Source: an uncultured Candidatus Micrarchaeota archaeon (GTDB lineage: Archaea > Micrarchaeota > Micrarchaeia > Anstonellales > Bilamarchaeaceae). From it: a DNA stretch of 64,000 nucleotides. This document shows positions 19,227 through 28,690 of this stretch, piece by piece. Under the pieces are notes generated by a model. That model made no database searches, was not told the origin of the DNA, and saw only the letters and a program-made list of their open reading frames with translations. The stretch is taken from the NCBI GenBank assembly GCA_963804385.1, contig CAWDQD010000009.1, forward strand, positions 8,890-72,889, in the 5' to 3' direction. The translations under genes and the position numbers were made by a program. The first letter of the stretch is position 1. Every line of letters begins with the position of its first letter.

Positions 19227-22200
19227 TTGAAAAGGCGCGAGCTCTCGTGGAATAATTACGGTGATGCCAGGTCGATCCCTGGACTCAGCACCGCCTCAGC
19301 CGCGAGTATGGTTCTTAGGGCCCACCATCCGTTCGCGTTAGACAGGATTCCGGATTTCCGAAAAGAGAAGTACAACGCCCCGAGTGCTGATGGCATCAAC
19401 ACTCTGGTGCGCACGATACCCGGCAAGAACGGGTTCAGCCATCCTTCCCTAGAAGGCATGGCATTCGATCCCGACGACATCCGCAAGGCAACCGCCGCCT
19501 TGCGCGAAGCGGACGAATCCATATTCGTATCTAATCACCATGGCACTCCCAATGCTCCGGGAACTACGCTCGCCGCCCGGCTGATAGCCTCAGAGGATTT
19601 CAGGGCTGCAACAAGAAAAAAAGATCTGGACGGCCAATTGCGCATCTGCCTGGAGGAAATCATATTCGAGATATGGGTTTACAACCATACTACGCTCGGG
19701 GTGGATCCCGCTGATGCAGAACGCGACGTCAGGCTTGACATGTCAGATGCGAAATGCGCCATCGCGGAGCTCAAAGGGGGGCATGTAGAGACTCCGCTCG
19801 CCACGCAGCTCCATTCTATGTTCAGCTGGTCTGGCATGTCGCAGTTCCATCTCGCCATGCGGATACTGCTATCCTGGCGGTACCCGGATCGCGATCCAAA
19901 CGCGTCTCTGCACAAAGGCGCCCGCGCGGATCAATCCGGAGACACGGAGACCGAGCTTGAAGTATCCCAACTCCTAGATGTAAGCGATGGGACTCCAGCC
20001 AAAAGCGCGACCCACTCGGGTGCCCCGCCCATACCTCAAGAAGCCATTCCAGTTGAAATCACGCCAGAGATCGATTCGGATCAACTCATCTTCTTGGATC
20101 AACGTGAACCGGAGCCTGAGAAACCAGCAGACCCGCTCGCCCAAAGGTTCGGCGAATGCTTTACCAAACCCATAAATCGGGAGGGTATCGAGCAGCTGAG
20201 GCGACAACTGCGGGTCGATCTGGACGTGATAGCAGATCTCACAGATTCAGTATCCGATGCGAAGCGGCATAATATAGAAGCAGCGATGCCGATCGTGGAG
20301 CGGCTCATAGAAGAAGAGTGGCCTAGAATGAGGGGCATAGACTTCGATCTCCAAGATATCCCCGAATCCAAAACCGATGATGCCGGAACCAATCCAGTCA
20401 GGATGCGCCTCATGCAGAGTATGTCTGAAAGAGCACGATCGAGAATGGTAATGCATCTGGATTTTTTCGAGCATGATCCTAAAAACGAGAGATCGATAAA
20501 GTATCTTGCCGATCTGACACGCGCGATAATCGCATATGAGAAAACCTTGAGGAAACTGGCGTTCATGGACCCGACCAAGCCCATCAACCAGGTAGAGGAT
20601 GAAGCTCTGGCGCTAGGGCCCGGCATGATTAAAACAGGAAGAGTATTGGAATTCATTTCAGAAGGTGTGCTAGCCCCTCGTTTTGGTGAAGACCGTCCGG
20701 CCCCCAGGCGTGTTACTAAGGCAATGATGGACTCGCTCACACGCACTAATAGATATATGATAGCTCAGGTGGTGGGCGCCGAAGATGTCACTGATGGATC
20801 GCTATCCGTTTTCCTGAACATGGAGGCTGGCGTCAGGGAACTGCGGCTTCGGAATGTAGTGGCGTCAGCCTGGACCCAAGGAAATTGGAGGGAGGACGTC
20901 GCGCGATTCGATGCAGCCTGCATGGAGATATATGACAAATGCGGTCTTCCCCATTCAAAAATCCAAGAGCTCCGCATAGCGTTGTCAGATCCGTCCAACC
21001 TCTCAGAAGACCAACGTGAAATCATAGCATCTTTCTTCGGTATATCGCCTAGCCATCTCAAGCAGGAATATGCCCTTTCCTTCTACATCTGGTTGCGCGG
21101 AGAGCCCGAATCTCTAACAGACCACTGGAAGCGCGCATTCATGGCTCCGGAGCGACTGGAGGCCCTCAAGACCGCTATCATCAAAAAGAAACGGCTCAAA
21201 GCTGATGATCGGGTTATCCTCGCAAGGATACTGGGGAAAGAACCTAAATCCCTTTCGGGGGAGGATCTCGCGAATTCGGGTCTTGTGCAAGAACGCATAG
21301 ACGAGCTCTCGGCGTTCCGCTCGAAATGGTTCTCTGAAGATCGGAATGAGCGCTTATCGCAGTGGCGCAACGGGTTCAACGACCTTTTCACCGCGGCCAG
21401 CATGGCGCACAAGCTCAGGTTCGTTCCTGACGCATCTTATACTCCAGAGGAATCCGGTTTGCTCGCGGCCTTGGGCGGGAAGAGTTCTCCATCGGAGCTC
21501 ACTCCTGAAGATCTGGATAGGATCAGAAGGGATCTGGCCAAGCATGTAAGCATGAATGGAACGTATTATCAGCCGGCCATGCTCGGGTTCACTAGCATCG
21601 AGGATCAATTAGGCGCGGATTCGCTCCTTCTGGCAGCGCGCAGGCAAGCGATGTTCAACATCATGCTCGACGCCTTTTCGGTGGAGCGCGCGGATGTCAG
21701 GTCCGAGTTCGATGATCATTCCTTCGTCAGCGTGGCTGCGAAAGGAGTTTCCGAAGCCAATGAGGACTCATGCTCATCAGTACGCCTCACCCTGGCCGAT
21801 GGCCGTACCATCACCCTGGACGCGGTTTTCGATGGCGCCGGCGGCAAAATCCGTGGGGCGGAAGAAGGCGGCAGGACGAATGCCCAGCGCGCGAGCGCCA
21901 TAGCCAAGAACGTATTCGAGATCTCTGCAGCCGCAGGATGGATATCCACTCCGGAGGATGTGCGCCGCACGCTCGTCATGGCCGATCTTGCCATAGTATC
22001 AGAGCAGTTGCGGTCGAAGCAGCGCTCCGATGTGAACCGCGAGAACGACATGGCGACCACAGCATCGGTCACATTCATCAGCGGCAAAGAATTCTATGGC
22101 ATACACGCGGGGGACAGCGTCTGGAAAATCATGCGCAACGGGGAAGTCATGATGCAAAGCAGGCCCCATGACGCCATTTACCAGCTCCTATGCTCTGCCC

Positions 22201-22643
22201 ATTCCATGGTGGCAGATGAATGGAAAGCCGCGAACAGGAAAACCGAGGGTCTGGGTCCGGATGAGGCATCGGCGTTCGATCATGCTGTGGGGACCAAATT
22301 GGCAGAGCTGCGGGGATACGGCGGCGCGCTCGTGATGAGCGCAGTGGTCTCCACACTCGGCGACCCGACCCATATACACATCAATAACGAGGATCGGGAT
22401 CCCGGGCCAATCCTGCTGCAAGATGGCGACCTGGTTCTCAACGGCTCCGACGGGCTCCACAAGCGCGTTTGCGATCACGAGATCATAACGATTGTCAAGG
22501 AGGCGCAGGGGGACCTGGCTCTCGCCTCCGGGCATCTCGCGGCCCTGGCAGACGGGCGCATGCCCAGACGCTGCAGCTGCGAGGTCTCAGGAGTCGAGGA
22601 TGACAGGACGTTCGTGCTCAGGAAGGTGGAAGACACACATTAA
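19227..22643 (+). CDS. Large protein with C-terminal PP2C/PPM Ser/Thr phosphatase domain
   Basis: NEDS, AVFDGAGG, MATTAS, HAGDS, NGSDGL, DDRTFVL motifs in the last ~300 aa; ~830-aa unrecognised N-terminus; TTG start with GGGTGG RBS. Confidence 0.85.
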   Translation: MKRRELSWNNYGDARSIPGLSTASAASMVLRAHHPFALDRIPDFRKEKYNAPSADGINTLVRTIPGKNGFSHPSLEGMAFDPDDIRKATAALREADESIFVSNHHGTPNAPGTTLAARLIASEDFRAATRKKDLDGQLRICLEEIIFEIWVYNHTTLGVDPADAERDVRLDMSDAKCAIAELKGGHVETPLATQLHSMFSWSGMSQFHLAMRILLSWRYPDRDPNASLHKGARADQSGDTETELEVSQLLDVSDGTPAKSATHSGAPPIPQEAIPVEITPEIDSDQLIFLDQREPEPEKPADPLAQRFGECFTKPINREGIEQLRRQLRVDLDVIADLTDSVSDAKRHNIEAAMPIVERLIEEEWPRMRGIDFDLQDIPESKTDDAGTNPVRMRLMQSMSERARSRMVMHLDFFEHDPKNERSIKYLADLTRAIIAYEKTLRKLAFMDPTKPINQVEDEALALGPGMIKTGRVLEFISEGVLAPRFGEDRPAPRRVTKAMMDSLTRTNRYMIAQVVGAEDVTDGSLSVFLNMEAGVRELRLRNVVASAWTQGNWREDVARFDAACMEIYDKCGLPHSKIQELRIALSDPSNLSEDQREIIASFFGISPSHLKQEYALSFYIWLRGEPESLTDHWKRAFMAPERLEALKTAIIKKKRLKADDRVILARILGKEPKSLSGEDLANSGLVQERIDELSAFRSKWFSEDRNERLSQWRNGFNDLFTAASMAHKLRFVPDASYTPEESGLLAALGGKSSPSELTPEDLDRIRRDLAKHVSMNGTYYQPAMLGFTSIEDQLGADSLLLAARRQAMFNIMLDAFSVERADVRSEFDDHSFVSVAAKGVSEANEDSCSSVRLTLADGRTITLDAVFDGAGGKIRGAEEGGRTNAQRASAIAKNVFEISAAAGWISTPEDVRRTLVMADLAIVSEQLRSKQRSDVNRENDMATTASVTFISGKEFYGIHAGDSVWKIMRNGEVMMQSRPHDAIYQLLCSAHSMVADEWKAANRKTEGLGPDEASAFDHAVGTKLAELRGYGGALVMSAVVSTLGDPTHIHINNEDRDPGPILLQDGDLVLNGSDGLHKRVCDHEIITIVKEAQGDLALASGHLAALADGRMPRRCSCEVSGVEDDRTFVLRKVEDTH

Positions 22644-22725
22644 TTGACCAAAGCAAACATTTATATATTGTATCCCACTAAATTATATCATAAGACACAT
22701 TAATCCAAACCTTGAGGTGAAATGA

Positions 22726-23718
22726 GTGGCTGAAAAACAAACTGGTCCAGTGGCGGAAAAAAAGCCGAGCATAAAACAGATTGCGGCTCAACTACGAGAG
22801 GATTTCGGAAAATTAGGCGGTCCTCTCGCAGATGCTTTGCTCATTGTGGCAGCGCAAGTCGAGGCCAATAAGGCCGATCTAAAGAGCCAAGTCGAGACCG
22901 ATACAAGCGAGATGCGCGGATACGCAAACGGAGCACGGACTTCGGCAGGTAATGCAGCTGCATCTGCTGAACAAACTAAGGTTTCACTCGCAACAATGCA
23001 ATCGGAGTATGCTGCGTTCATCGCTCAATTGGAAACCGCAGGAGATGCAATCGGGTCAAGTGCTGCCAAAGCCGAGGCAGCGGCTATAGATGCGAAATCT
23101 TCATTGGAAACAATACAAAAGCAAACGACTCCTCTTACGGATGCCATTGAGACCTTGACTCATGGCGAAGCTAAAGGTGTTGGAGCTCTCCTGCAGATTC
23201 TTCAAGCTGTCGGTAAGACTCCAGATATAGTCGATGCCGCAGTAAAGAAAGTTATCTACATAGATGCAGAGATCACAGAAACTGGTGACGGCAAACAAAC
23301 CGCCGGGCAGGAAGGAGATAAGGCTATGGCCGGTGCAGAGAGCACAGGAAAAGCTCCAGCCAAAAAAATCGTTAGGTTGGAAGGAGATAAGGCGATGGCC
23401 TATATCCGGTACGGCTTGTCTTTTGTATCTCTGACAGCTGGCAATGCGGTCAAATCAGCGAATAAAGCTGTCGAATTAGCGAATGACGCTAAATCTGGTC
23501 TAGATGCGCTCGGTGCCGCTGTCGCAGAAGGATTCAAAGCGGTCGATGCCAAACTCGCTCTTATAATGTATGATCTGGCTCAAGCCGGAATAAACTTCCA
23601 GGAAGAGTACGTGGCTGGAATCGAGCAACCGAGTTATGAGGCTCCAAAAACAAAATCAGCAGCTCCACAGGAGCCTGCTGGTGAACCAACATCTAATAAA
23701 GGTGATTCTGATGGCTAA
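22726..23718 (+). CDS. Ala-rich predicted coiled-coil hypothetical protein
   Basis: GTG start after GAGGTGA RBS; helical Ala/Ser-rich stretches such as SAGNAAASAEQTK and SAAKAEAAAIDAK. Confidence 0.8.
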   Translation: MAEKQTGPVAEKKPSIKQIAAQLREDFGKLGGPLADALLIVAAQVEANKADLKSQVETDTSEMRGYANGARTSAGNAAASAEQTKVSLATMQSEYAAFIAQLETAGDAIGSSAAKAEAAAIDAKSSLETIQKQTTPLTDAIETLTHGEAKGVGALLQILQAVGKTPDIVDAAVKKVIYIDAEITETGDGKQTAGQEGDKAMAGAESTGKAPAKKIVRLEGDKAMAYIRYGLSFVSLTAGNAVKSANKAVELANDAKSGLDALGAAVAEGFKAVDAKLALIMYDLAQAGINFQEEYVAGIEQPSYEAPKTKSAAPQEPAGEPTSNKGDSDG

Positions 23719-24760
23719 AGGAATTGATTTGACTGCGCTTGTCGCAGCGGCGAAGGCAAGAACTGGAAAACCAGGAACGGATCTGAAAGGCAAAGCCCCG
23801 CTCACAGATGCAACTGTGCAGACTAGGGCTCCAGCTTTTGCAGCTGACGGGTCTGAAGATGCAACCCGCACTGTTGACCTCACGGCGACAGCTAAAGCAA
23901 GCGCCGACGCGACCATTGAAACCCCAGTAGCTCAAATCCAGGCACCTTTTATGGAATCAGCTTCTGCACAGACAGATGCTCCTCCAAAGGTAGCACATCC
24001 GGCCCCTCCAACGCAAACACAGGAGATGCGTGCATTCCCTTCTTCAGAAGAAGTTCAAGCTGAAACGTCATCAACGTCCTCAGACGGGGCCAGCGTACAT
24101 CAGACAAGTGCTCCTGCTGAGGAATCTGCATCGGAGAGCGCAGGTCCAACGGAAAAACCGCGGACACTTGACGAAGCAATCAGAAAAATTGATGATCTCC
24201 ACGCTCTAATCGGCAACTTATTTGAATTAGTTGTGGGAGCAATGCCGCTAGATGCCGTGAAGAAAATCATTCCGGCCATAAGAGCAAGCGGCGGACTGGT
24301 CAGCATCGTCGATGATGCGACAACCCTTCTCGTTGGCGCAGATGCCGAAAACGTGCTGGCACCATATGCGCAAGGGGTGCGCGATGGCGCGGCGAGCATT
24401 TTGGACGAAATGAATTTCCAAAGCCCGGACCATGTAGAGATCCTCAGGACGGCTGTCATAAGTTTGCTTCTCGATCCTGATCTCGATAGCGACGATGTGA
24501 AAATGTTGGCAGAAACCCGCGGTGCTGACCACGTCAAACAGGTCATAGCAGGCCTGGCAGACGACCCGAGCATCATAAGATCGATTTTGATCAAAGATGC
24601 GGCAGCAAAAAGCGGAATCGAGCCATCGCAGGTAACTGATCCAAAAGATGACGACGTGGCCAAGCAAGCCGCCCAATGGGTGGAAACCGAAACCGTAAGG
24701 TTCACTGAGGCAGCAAAAACGTGTATCGATTCTTGGGCTCAGATAATTGGAGGGGATTGA
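23711..24760 (+). CDS. Hypothetical protein with disordered Thr/Ser-rich N-terminus and helical C-terminus
   Basis: ATG 23711 with GGTGA RBS, overlapping the previous stop; three D-A-T motifs. Confidence 0.8.
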   Translation: MAKGIDLTALVAAAKARTGKPGTDLKGKAPLTDATVQTRAPAFAADGSEDATRTVDLTATAKASADATIETPVAQIQAPFMESASAQTDAPPKVAHPAPPTQTQEMRAFPSSEEVQAETSSTSSDGASVHQTSAPAEESASESAGPTEKPRTLDEAIRKIDDLHALIGNLFELVVGAMPLDAVKKIIPAIRASGGLVSIVDDATTLLVGADAENVLAPYAQGVRDGAASILDEMNFQSPDHVEILRTAVISLLLDPDLDSDDVKMLAETRGADHVKQVIAGLADDPSIIRSILIKDAAAKSGIEPSQVTDPKDDDVAKQAAQWVETETVRFTEAAKTCIDSWAQIIGGD

Positions 24761-24762
24761 AT

Positions 24763-25989
24763 ATGGTTAAACTAAGTGATTTGAAGAAGGGTTCGAAGCC
24801 TGATACGAAAGATGCTAAGCCAGGTGTCGCTCCATCAGTGGCATTTGCTGATAGGACTGTTCCGGAAAGTCCGAGAGCTGCTCCAGTAGCACCTGCCAGC
24901 GAGCAAGAGATAAGCGTGAGCGATTTATCACTCCAGGCAGATGTTCCAGACATGCCAGCATCGCCACCAGAGGACCGGACTGTCAGGGAGACCCCGGCTC
25001 CAGTGGCCGTGGCGCCAACTGACGATGTCAGGGGTAGACTGGCGGCAAGATTAGCAAGGCCAGCTCCTGTGCAATCAGGCACTGGATTCGCAGAAACCGT
25101 GGCAGCAAGGTCCACACCTTCAGAACTCCCAGCAGTTAATGAACCCGTAGAAGAGCCCCCTGAACTCCCGGTAGCCGCATTACCCCGATCCGGTGGCAAT
25201 GCTAAATTGCCTAAGGAAAAGAAATGGGTAAAGCCGGTCATTTATCTCGCCGCGGCTGCCGCGATAGCGATAATCGCCATGTATCATGGCTGTGGCAAAA
25301 AAGTCGTCCCTCCGGCTACAAAGCCATGCGCGGATCCGACTCCAAAGACCTGCGATCTGCGCAGCAGCCCGTTCGCCATGTTCTTCGATGAGAAAACATG
25401 CGGTTACTGTGGCGAGACCGACCCAGATGGTCGTTTTGTCAGGAAGGACTGGATGACCCCGGCGAACTGCCCAGTGGTGTTCTCATGCGGAAACGGCAAA
25501 GTCGACAAGAACGAACCCTACCCGGTTTATGTGAAGGGTAAGGACGGCACATTCGAATTGAGTGTCACCAGCGTGAGCGAATCGTGCAATCCCAAAGCCC
25601 CGAACTATTGCGAGGTTGATTGCCCGAAACCAAAACCAAAGACACACGCGGCTCCGAAGCCCGTTGCAGACAAACCGGTGCATGCAGACTTGCCGGATTG
25701 CGCAACAACCGACAAGACCAGGATGAGGGATGCCATGACCCAGATAAGGGGCAGCATGTTGGATGTAAGGGGGGGTGTTGACACTAAACACGCCGATGTG
25801 GTTGGAATCAAATTAGATGTCAGCTACAAGGCCTTGATAGAGTCAACTGGCGACGTGTCATTGGTATCTGCGTCCACGCAGCAGGGTTATGATATCAAAG
25901 GTCTGGTTAAGATGGGTTCAGTCAAGGTGACCAGCGGCGCTGCGGATTGCGAATTCAAGTATACCACGTCGATTCCGGCCTCTAACTAA
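24763..25989 (+). CDS. Single-pass membrane protein: Pro-rich cytoplasmic region, Cys-rich ectodomain, conserved C-terminal domain
   Basis: ATG 24763 after GGAGGGG; TM VIYLAAAAAIAIIAMY; CGNGKVD repeat; C-terminus paralogous to 27482..28648. Confidence 0.82.
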   Translation: MVKLSDLKKGSKPDTKDAKPGVAPSVAFADRTVPESPRAAPVAPASEQEISVSDLSLQADVPDMPASPPEDRTVRETPAPVAVAPTDDVRGRLAARLARPAPVQSGTGFAETVAARSTPSELPAVNEPVEEPPELPVAALPRSGGNAKLPKEKKWVKPVIYLAAAAAIAIIAMYHGCGKKVVPPATKPCADPTPKTCDLRSSPFAMFFDEKTCGYCGETDPDGRFVRKDWMTPANCPVVFSCGNGKVDKNEPYPVYVKGKDGTFELSVTSVSESCNPKAPNYCEVDCPKPKPKTHAAPKPVADKPVHADLPDCATTDKTRMRDAMTQIRGSMLDVRGGVDTKHADVVGIKLDVSYKALIESTGDVSLVSASTQQGYDIKGLVKMGSVKVTSGAADCEFKYTTSIPASN

Positions 25990-26100
25990 TCTTTTCTTCT
26001 TTTTTCAATTCTTATCCTCTTCTCTCCGTCGCATCAGAGAGATATGTTTATAAACTGTTTTACACAAATTTTAATTAACTAAAACATATTAGGTGGGGTA

Positions 26101-27480
26101 ATGGGGTTCTTAAATCAAGCACGGAGCGGTCAGATTGCGCCCAGCTCCAAGCAACCCATGAAACCGATGAACCACCCACTCGCCGAAGCGCTGCAATCGC
26201 CCAACGATGGGCCCGACACGGAAGTGCCTACGATCAAGAGGCCAGCCCGTCATGCGCCACATCCGCAAGCAAAGGAGCAATCCAAAGACGAGCTCGGGAT
26301 ATATGCTTTCAGGACGACTTTGAAGAAGAGCGGCCTAAGCAGCCAGCAGATATACGAAGAGGCAGACAGGTTCTTCAGAACGGATCCGCGCGTGGATGCC
26401 TTCATACGAAAACACGGCGATAATCTGTCAAACATGATAGACGAAGCGATATCAGCCGTGCGCAGAGGCGAAGCACCTACCGGGGACATGCTGCTCGCGC
26501 TTCATATGAAAGACCTCATCGAATTCATACGTGAATGCGAAGACAATGCCCGAGCTTTCGGAGACATCCACGCTGCGATTGAGCAGCCTACCACCGGGAA
26601 AGTCGATTCGTTGCCCCTTCAAGCGATAGAAGCTCCCATATCGCCCGAGAAAGATACTAAGAAAAAAGAATTGACCGCCGGGGAGGCGGTCTTGCGTTTC
26701 ATCACGAACCCGGCCATCCGTAATATCGCAGAGGCCGCGTTGTTCGGCATAGCACTCCATGTGGTGGGGGGCTTCCAGGAGGTCTCATACGGGATCGACA
26801 AGGCGCTCCACTCGCTCGATCTTCCAGCAATGGACCTCCATACCGGTTTTCTGGAAAACGTGTATGCTCTGGTTACATTGTCCATCTCTTTTGCCACGGA
26901 GCTGATCCGGGGTAGGGGCGCGCGTGATACGAATGCGAAATACAAGCGGGTAGTCGACGAGCTACCGGGTACGGTCAAGAAGGCGTACCGCGAGGTGCTC
27001 TCCACCCTTTCCTCTATAGCCCGGGGTCATGCACAAGGGAATAAACAGCTCGAAGCGCTCAGGGCAGCCTTAGAGCGAGAATCGTTCTTCTATCAGATAG
27101 ACGTGCTCCATCATCATTCTTACGGAGTGCCTCTCTATGCGGCTATAGATTGCTCCGGACTGAATCCGAAGGTGCCGGTGCCAGAGGCGATCTCGCTCGC
27201 AGAAGCCAAGATCATGAGGCCGAAGATCGAGCAGCTGGCTATGCATATCGATAATGACCCGCTGCGACGGGAGGCATTCAAATCCTTGTACAATACCGAC
27301 GCGGTTTTCAGGAGGAAAGCAGACGAGTTCCTGGCTGTAGACGACGAGAAGCGTTTCTTGAATTTCAAGCATTTCGCGGAAATATGCAGGCCGATCAAGA
27401 AGGTCGCGGACCCGGAGCGGTTCATCAAAGCACTCAGGGGCGACCTCATCTCCATGAACGGCCTGCCTGCGGTTGATTGA
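26101..27480 (+). CDS. Hypothetical protein with two candidate TM segments
   Basis: 459-aa ORF with AGGTGG RBS and its own TATA box. Confidence 0.75.
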   Translation: MGFLNQARSGQIAPSSKQPMKPMNHPLAEALQSPNDGPDTEVPTIKRPARHAPHPQAKEQSKDELGIYAFRTTLKKSGLSSQQIYEEADRFFRTDPRVDAFIRKHGDNLSNMIDEAISAVRRGEAPTGDMLLALHMKDLIEFIRECEDNARAFGDIHAAIEQPTTGKVDSLPLQAIEAPISPEKDTKKKELTAGEAVLRFITNPAIRNIAEAALFGIALHVVGGFQEVSYGIDKALHSLDLPAMDLHTGFLENVYALVTLSISFATELIRGRGARDTNAKYKRVVDELPGTVKKAYREVLSTLSSIARGHAQGNKQLEALRAALERESFFYQIDVLHHHSYGVPLYAAIDCSGLNPKVPVPEAISLAEAKIMRPKIEQLAMHIDNDPLRREAFKSLYNTDAVFRRKADEFLAVDDEKRFLNFKHFAEICRPIKKVADPERFIKALRGDLISMNGLPAVD

Positions 27481-27481
27481 C

Positions 27482-28648
27482 ATGAAAACATACTCGAGGA
27501 TACTTGGGCAGAAGAGCATCGCTGGAAGCGTATTGACGTCCTTGCCAGCAGTTGCTTGCACTGCCGCAGTGCTTTTCTGGAGATGCAGCCCTACCGTTGA
27601 GAAGCGGATGGATGCCGACCAACCCAGGAACGGCGATCATGTCTGCGAGCAGAGCGAAGCGTATCCCAAGAAAATGGGTCCTGACCGCCTGTTCACCAGC
27701 GAGAGGAATCCGAATTACTCCAAGTCCGATTGCCATGATGGCGATGGGGTCTATGATAATGCCCTAGAAGGCCCGGATTCCATAGATTCGCGGCTGAAAG
27801 CGGCACGCGAGCAACCATGCATACCCGGAACCCCTGCCCCGGGCACGACGATAAGCCGTCCCATGATATCAGCGAGGCCAGGGGAGATGGTAATCCGTTC
27901 TGAAGAGGAATGGACGCAGATGGTACGCGATCCATCCGTCCTGCCTCAGAGCATATACTATCCCGCATCAGGAAACGACGGCTTCAAGCGCCCCTGGCTC
28001 TATCAAGAGACCTGCGATACCAGTCCGGATGTCCCAGATTGCGCACCTAACGTGAACGGTAAATGCTATTGCGCGAACCATGCGAGCTGCCCGCCCCGTG
28101 CGTCGACCTGCAAAGACGGGAAATTGGAACGCGGAGAGCAATGCGATCCCACTTACAAGAAAGCGCCCCGCGGCGGTTGCGACGAGGGTTCCAGATGCAC
28201 CAACCAGTGCAAATGCATTCCTGCTAGCGAATGCGGAAACGATAAGGTGGAAGATGGGGAGGACTGCGACCCTCCTGGTTCTTCCTGCACGACCAGCGGG
28301 GGGCAAGATGGCAAGTGCAGTTCGCATTGCACGTGCAGGGGGAAACAGAATCCCGCCATGCCGGACTGCAAACAAGTCGATAAATCCAGGGCGAGGGATG
28401 CAATGACCCAGATAAGGAACAGCATGCGGGACGCACTTGACCGGATTTACCAGCAATACCCTGGCATGTCGAAGCCCCTGAAGGTCAGCTATCTGGCACT
28501 GGTCGAATCGACCGGAGATGTGTCGCTGAAGTCTGCGTCTGCGCAGGGCAAAAGCGTGAAAGGCCTGGTGGGCATGAGTTCGGTCAAGGTGAACAACAAT
28601 GCCACCGCAGACTGCGAATTCACGAACACCGAATCCCTCGCGAAGTGA
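27482..28648 (+). CDS. Membrane-anchored Cys-rich protein with Myxococcus-type cysteine-rich repeats
   Basis: N-terminal hydrophobic anchor; CKDGKLERGEQCD and CGNDKVEDGEDCD repeats; C-terminal domain paralogous to the 24763 protein. Confidence 0.82.
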   Translation: MKTYSRILGQKSIAGSVLTSLPAVACTAAVLFWRCSPTVEKRMDADQPRNGDHVCEQSEAYPKKMGPDRLFTSERNPNYSKSDCHDGDGVYDNALEGPDSIDSRLKAAREQPCIPGTPAPGTTISRPMISARPGEMVIRSEEEWTQMVRDPSVLPQSIYYPASGNDGFKRPWLYQETCDTSPDVPDCAPNVNGKCYCANHASCPPRASTCKDGKLERGEQCDPTYKKAPRGGCDEGSRCTNQCKCIPASECGNDKVEDGEDCDPPGSSCTTSGGQDGKCSSHCTCRGKQNPAMPDCKQVDKSRARDAMTQIRNSMRDALDRIYQQYPGMSKPLKVSYLALVESTGDVSLKSASAQGKSVKGLVGMSSVKVNNNATADCEFTNTESLAK

Positions 28649-28690
28649 GGAATGCGCACAGTTTAATTCCCCCTTTCTCATATCATCCAT

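Noticed and set aside
18207..28648. Orphan cluster as a tRNA-integrated island or provirus
   Set aside because: No integrase, no duplicated tRNA 3' end seen, no capsid/terminase motifs, and the tRNA 3' end points away from the cluster.
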